Source of the DNA: an uncultured delta proteobacterium
Lineage (GTDB): Bacteria > Desulfobacterota > Binatia > UBA9968
Reading direction: 5' to 3'
Assembly (NCBI GenBank): GCA_963745035.1
Contig: CAVUVW010000010.1
Location: forward strand, 128,001-192,000
Length of the DNA: 64,000 nt
Below, piece after piece: positions 58,729 to 64,000 of this stretch. A program made the translations under genes and the position numbers. Position 1 is the first letter of the stretch; every line of letters starts with the position of its first letter. Under the pieces are notes generated by a model that saw nothing but the letters and a program-made list of their open reading frames with translations, did not search any database and had not been told where the DNA came from.

Positions 58729-61700
58729 CTACTTCATGGAAAAATCGACGCGGTTGGGGCGCCCCTTGAGCTTGGCGCGCTCTTCGGCGCTGAATGGTTT
58801 GGCCGCGACGACGGAAAGCCGCTCACCGGTCACCTGGTTGGTCGCCAGGAGCGCATCGCGCACGACTTGCGCGCGCTGGCTGGCGAGCTGGCGCATGTCG
58901 TCGTCGCTCGCTTTGGCGTGCTGCATCATGAATTTTTCCATTTCGGGCGCTGGAAGGTCCTGAGCCAGGCCGATCACGTTTCTCGGTTTGGGAAAGCTTT
59001 CTTCACCATAGGCGGCTTTCAAATATTGCGGATACTCGTTTGGCGCGATTTGAACGTCGTCCACCGAGCGCGGCGCTTCTCCTTTGCGCGCCAGTTCCTT
59101 GAGTTTTTGCGCTTTGACCTTACGTTCGATGCTCGACTCGTTTCAGACCGTCCAGATCGGTCAGCGGATCGACGCGGCCGATGACTTCCAGATTGAGCGC
59201 GGGCCGGTTGTTCAGCGCTTTCGCGAGGGTGGCGATCTTTGCCTGCGCTGCTTGATTCAGGTTGGCCTTACCGGTTTCGAACTCGATATAACTCAATTCA
59301 TCGCCACCGCCGCCCCCGCCGCCGAAGGCCGACGCCAACAACGAAAATGGCGCGGTGACCGCGCGCGTGATGAGGTTGATGACGATGCGCAGCACGATGC
59401 CGCCGACGCTGAATTGCGGATCGTCAAGCGAGCCGCTGATCGGCAGATCGACGTCGATGACGCCGTTGCTGTCTTTCATCAGAGCGACCGCGAGCAGCAC
59501 CGGCAGCTTGGTGGCGGTCGGGCTCTCGATCTTCTCGCCAAAGGTGAGCTGGTTCAAAATGATCTTGTTCTGTGCGCTCAGCTTGCGATTTTCCACTCTG
59601 TATTTAACGTTGAACGAAAGCTTGCCGCGCTCGATGCCGTAGCCGACGTATTTGGCGGAGTAGGGCGTCATCGGGCTCAATTCGATGTCTTTGGCGTCGG
59701 CGACGATGTCGAGAAAAAGGTCCTTGGAAAGCGGATTGATCTTGCCTTTGATGTCGACCGGCGCGGCGTTGTCGAGCCGCGCTTGCAGATCGAGATCGCC
59801 CGGCGTCTCCGGCTTGAGCTCGGAAATGGCGCCCTGCACGCCTGTCAGATTCGCCGAATAATTCGGCTTGACGAAAAAATCGCTGAAATGGATATTCCCT
59901 TCCTTAAGATTGATTTTGCCGATGCTGATGGCTCTGGGCGGGTCTGCATCTGCCGGAACAGGAGGCGATTGTTCGACCGACTTCTGCTCGCCTGCCCTCG
60001 TCTCGACCGGTTTTGCTTCTGACGCGGCCGCGCCTTGTTTGTCGTCTTGCGCCGTCAAATTTTGCAGGTTCAGTTTGCCGTCGGCGCCGAGAACCAGCCG
60101 CGAATAGAACTCCGCGAGCGTGATCTCGCCGATGCGCAACTGGAAGGGCTGCAAATCAAATTGCAATGCATCGAGCGCCAGTGTCTTCCAGCGGAGAAGA
60201 TCCTGCTGACCGTTCTTCTCCACGGCGCCGAAGTCGGCGACCTGGACACCGCCGTGATAGTTGACTTTCGCGGGACCGCCGCCGCTTGCATTGAACGCAA
60301 GCTCGCCTTTGGTGCCGATGCGGCCGCCGGTCAGCATGAAATTGACCTGGTCGAGATAGGGCTGAAACGACACCAGGTCCACGTCGCGGGCGTCGACGAC
60401 GAACTTGCCGTTGACGGGATTGGCCGTGGCCGTGCCGGCAAGTCGCAAGACGCCTTTGTCGTTGATACGCGCGCGCACGGTCGCCCTGCCGCGCTGGTTC
60501 GTCGCCGTCGAGAAGTTTTCGCCGCGCACGGCGAGGTCGGAAATGCTGAGCTTTGCCGGCGTGGCGTTGCTGCGGTCCTCGACGATGACCCGAAAGCGGT
60601 CCAGCATGATCTGCTTCGCGTCGACGCGCCATTCTCCTTCGCCCGGTTTTGCCGGCGAGGTGGGCGCCGGAGACAGGGGCGAAGGTTTGGCAATGCGCGC
60701 TAAATTCAACGTGCCGTCGGCGTCGCGCTGGATGTAGCCGTGGCCGTCCTTTCCCTCGAGCGCACCGATGACGATGGTCTTTTTTGCCAGATCGATCGCG
60801 CCGTCTTTGATCGCCAAGGAGCCGACGCGCCACAGCGGTTCGGGCTGGCCGGCGAGCTCGAGACGGAGGCTCCGTAAATTGGCGGACAGCTCGCTCAGCT
60901 TGATGTCGGGCTGGCCTTCCTTGTCTTCGAAAACGTACTGGGTCGAGAGATCGAAAAAGCCGTCTTTGATCTCGCCGGCGATTGCGTCTTCATAATAAGG
61001 ACGAAGCGCGCCGGGCTTGAGACCTTCGACGTCGAGCTTGCCTTCGGCGAGGAGCGGCGTGAGCCGCAGCGTTCCCGTGTGGGCGAATTTTTCTTTGGCT
61101 TCGGACTCGAATGAGATCTCGACGTTGGCCTTTTTGCCGGCCTCGTTGGTCAGGCCGGTAATTTTTAGAGTGACGTCGTCCAGGCGCGTCTTGTACGGCC
61201 GTTGCGCCTGCTCGTCGGTAAAATGAATGGTCGCGGAGCCGAGCGCGACCTCCTCGACGGCGTAGACGAACGGTTTGCCGGCGGGCTTTGTTTGCGGTTT
61301 GGTTTCCGGCTCCTTGGCAGTCGCCGCTACCAGGTTCTGCAGGTTGATTTTGCCGTCGCGACCGCGATGCACGTGCAGTTCGAGTCCTTCGGACTTGATC
61401 GATTTGAGCGATGTCTTGTTGGCGAAGACCTCCACCGCATCGATCAGCACGTCGAAAGACGGCAGCTTCATCAATTCCCCGCCGTCCGATTGCAGCAGCG
61501 CCAAATCTTTGAGGCCGAGATTGCCGGTAATCACGAGAGTCGGCGGATTGTCCTTTGGAAGTTTTGAAAGCGGCGTTGAGCTTGCCCGCCAAGTAGTCCC
61601 GACGGCATGGTGAAATTCAGCGCGACCGGCGAGTATTCGAGATACTTGGCGATCTCGAGCTTTTCGATGTTGATGTCCGATCGCGCTGTCGCGCGAGTCC

Positions 61701-62370
61701 TTGAACGGATGGTATCGCCGGCGAGCTGAAACGGCGCGCCGTTGATCACCGCGAAAAATTCCGGCTTGACCTTGATATCGACGTGGGTCGGCAGGCTCGA
61801 AATGAACGGCACGCCGATTCTGAGCTGGGTCACGTTGTGTTTGGTCTTTTCCGGCCGATCGTCGAAGTCGATCTTGCCGTCGACGATCTCAATATTATTG
61901 AGCGAGAATCGCGGCGTCGGACCGGGAGGGCCGCCGGTGAATTCTTCGATGAGATCCTGAAAATTGTATTTGCGATCTTCATTGCGAATCACGCTCACGT
62001 AGGGCTTGATCAGCCGCAGTTCCTTGACCACCGGCCCCAAGCGAAAGAGCGAGCGCATTTCCAGATTGACGAACAATTCATCGAAGGAAAGCGCGGGAGT
62101 GTCTCCCTGCCGCTCTTTCATCAGAAAACCGCGGATCGCCGCGCTCATGGCGAAAGGATTGATTGCGATCTGCTCGATCGAAACCGGACGGTGGAACTTA
62201 TCGGACAGCGCGCTGGCGACTTTGCCCCGGATCAGTGGCGGTGCGACCAGTCCGAGCAAAACTCCGATAGTGAACAGGATCGAAGCCAACCAGAGGACGA
62301 TCTTTCGAGTGCGTGGATGCCAAGCGACGCCGAGGGTTTGCTGGCGGATTTGATGAACGTCTAACGCCAT
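58729..62370 (-). CDS. DUF748 (AsmA-like) domain protein with OmpA-like C-terminal region; several frameshifts
   Basis: N-terminal TM, repeated beta-rich units (RNEDRKYNFQDL, RGRDGKINLQNL, RDADGTLNLA, GADGKLNLQNL), DLPISGSLDDPQFS, RPALNLEVIG, LASQRAQVVRD, RVDF. Confidence 0.85.
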
Positions 62371-62399
62371 GGCCGATGCGCGTAAGATTTCTTAGGCAA

Positions 62400-62428
62400 A
62401 TAGTATCGAACCAGATGTCCCTTGTCCA
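62400..62428 (-). promoter_or_regulatory. Sigma70-like promoter for the DUF748 gene
   Basis: TGGACA-17 nt-TACTAT. Confidence 0.5.
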
Positions 62429-62471
62429 CAATGATTGAGGCAATTCGTGATCCCGAAATGCGCGGCGCTGA

Positions 62472-62924
62472 TCAGAGTGTTTTCTCCGCTTCGACTTGGA
62501 TGGCTTCGAGGAGGGCGAGATACGCCGCCGGCAGTTTCCAGTGTTTGGCGCCTTCGACGATCAACCGGCGGTATTCGACATTGGGACGCGGGACGTTTTC
62601 TTCGACGGCGGCGACGTAGACGAGCGCGTCGAGCGGAAGCTTGTCTTGCTCAAATGGATAAACCGAGAGAATCTCGCGGCGATAGCCGTCCTCGAAGCCG
62701 TCGAGAATCAAAAGATCCTCCTCGGTAATGTCGTAAACGATGCCCCAGACTTCCTTGCCGGGAACGGGGTACACGTTGGCTGTGCCGCAATCGCGCAGGC
62801 GCGAGTGGCGGGTGATGCCGAAGTGGTAGCCGGCGAGGCGGCCGACGCACACAAACCGGGACGATGGACAACGGCGCTGCATTTGCGGCCAGTTCATGTT
62901 CGAGCCATAGGCGAAATAATGCAC
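62472..62924 (-). CDS. Gamma-glutamylcyclotransferase family protein
   Basis: GTG start with RBS GGAGG; YFAYGSNM, RRCP, VWGIVY, LDGFED. Confidence 0.9.
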   Translation of the reverse strand: MHYFAYGSNMNWPQMQRRCPSSRFVCVGRLAGYHFGITRHSRLRDCGTANVYPVPGKEVWGIVYDITEEDLLILDGFEDGYRREILSVYPFEQDKLPLDALVYVAAVEENVPRPNVEYRRLIVEGAKHWKLPAAYLALLEAIQVEAEKTL

Positions 62925-63059
62925 GGCGATGAAACCTCCAATGCGGTTTGGCGATTCATAGTAGCAAAGAGCCGGCGAGGAACAAGCGCAGTGGCTCCGT
63001 TTCGGACCATAAGGAGGAGAAGATTCCACGCATTCGCTCTGAATGAAAACAAAATAAGC

Positions 63060-63113
63060 GGATCTCTCACTCGAACCCTATGACGGTGCTCAGGATAAAC
63101 TCCGTGAGAGACC
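63060..63113. repeat. Degenerate REP-like element (GCTCAGGATAAACTCC type)
   Basis: GGATCTCTCAC..GACGGTGCTCAGGATAAACTCCGTGAGAGACC; CTCAGGAT is the reverse complement of ATCCTGAG at 311. Confidence 0.45.
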
Positions 63114-63141
63114 TTGTCACCCGGTGCATCGCCGTTTGCCG

Positions 63142-64000
63142 TCACTGCCTTTTCGGCGGCTTTGCCAAAAGGATCAAGAAAGCCGAGGTGAACAAGGCGC
63201 AGGAGAAGATCGTGAACGAGAGATTGTAACTGCCCGTGCGATCGTGCAGGAAGCCGAAGAACGGCGCGCCGCTGGCGGCGAACAGATGAGAAAAGAAGAG
63301 CGACAAGCCGCGCACCGTGCCCAACGAGGTCCTGCCGAAGAAATTCGCCCAAATTACCTCGCGCAGCACGAAGCTCCCCGCCAAGCCGGTGCCGTAGAGA
63401 AAAAAGCCGCCGTAGACAAGGCGGATATCGGCGCTGGATACCATGAGCACGAGTCCCGCTCCTTGGATCGCAAACTGTATGAAAGAAACCTTCCGGATGT
63501 CGAATTTGTCGGCGAAGGCGCCCCACACGAGAGTCGAGGCAAGCTGGGTGAGAGCGATCGTGCTCATGAACGATGCGGCGATCAGCGGCGAGTAGCCGAT
63601 GTCGGTGACGAAGGAGAAGATGTGTAGATTCAGACCGGCGATGCCGACGCTGGCGATGCCGAAGGTCATCACGAGCAGCCAGAATGTCGGATCGCGCAAC
63701 ACTTCCGCGCGGGTCCATGATACGTCGGGACTATTTCCTCTTGTCGTGGCAGTCGCGACAGCGGACCGGGCCGTCTCGGCATGAGACGGGCTTTCGCCGT
63801 CGGGCAGAAGACCCATATCTTCGGGCCGTCTGCGGATAAAGATCAGCGCCGGCAGCACTACAATTGCCGGCGCTATCAGGCCGAATACCGCCCACGTACC
63901 CCGCCAGCCGATGAGCACAAACAGATACGCGGCGACAAGTGGTATGCTCAGTTTCGCAACGCCGGTGCCCAGGTTGGCAATAGCCATGGCGCGACCGCGT
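63142..64000 (-). CDS. MFS transporter (5' truncated by window edge)
   Basis: IGWRGTW, RRPEDMGLLPDG, DPTFWLL, WANFFGRTSLG, HDRTGSY. Confidence 0.88.
   Translation of the reverse strand, partial: RGRAMAIANLGTGVAKLSIPLVAAYLFVLIGWRGTWAVFGLIAPAIVVLPALIFIRRRPEDMGLLPDGESPSHAETARSAVATATTRGNSPDVSWTRAEVLRDPTFWLLVMTFGIASVGIAGLNLHIFSFVTDIGYSPLIAASFMSTIALTQLASTLVWGAFADKFDIRKVSFIQFAIQGAGLVLMVSSADIRLVYGGFFLYGTGLAGSFVLREVIWANFFGRTSLGTVRGLSLFFSHLFAASGAPFFGFLHDRTGSYNLSFTIFSCALFTSAFLILLAKPPKRQ

Noticed and set aside
58522-59184. 220-aa plus-strand ORF
   Set aside because: It is antisense to the DUF748 C-terminus and its start runs through the CGCAGAG repeat; no independent coding evidence
1740-62000. Programmed frameshifting or mass pseudogenisation in metE-like, tldD, diheme B and C, XDH, ABC, FAH, OCD and DUF748 genes
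   Set aside because: Shifts are isolated single-base indels, often in homopolymers, with no consistent slippery heptamer and intact motifs on both sides; long-read error is the simplest explanation

Overview
GC-rich bacterial chromosomal window with about 55 protein genes and no rRNA, tRNA, CRISPR array or transposase. The gene style (NitT/TauT-type binding proteins, amidohydrolase_2, stand-alone XDH/UbiD/OCD paralogs, Geobacter-like IclR) suggests a Deltaproteobacteria-like lineage such as Candidatus Binatia; this is inference. Many genes carry isolated 1-nt indels that look like long-read consensus errors. Housekeeping content includes trpL-trpE-trpG with a full attenuator, tldD-pmbA, bioB, pgeF, mltA, a sirtuin and several transporters. 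The most unusual items are: (1) a minus-strand cluster of Aas-type MFS/acyltransferase/acyl-ACP synthetase, a heme-oxygenase-like diiron domain fused to an enolase-superfamily domain, a GH3 acyl-amido synthetase, a membrane protein and bioB; (2) an operon of three RoxA/MauG-like diheme cytochromes with a GMC flavoenzyme; (3) a lower-GC gene for a signal-peptide-bearing proteasome-beta-like (Ntn) protein; (4) archaeal-type ThrRS editing-domain and class II GAPDH-like genes; (5) several families of 7-, 8- and 9-nt tandem-then-inverted intergenic microrepeats; (6) three sigma70-like promoters positioned for leaderless mRNAs, including trpL. All calls come from motif recognition by eye; no database searches were run.
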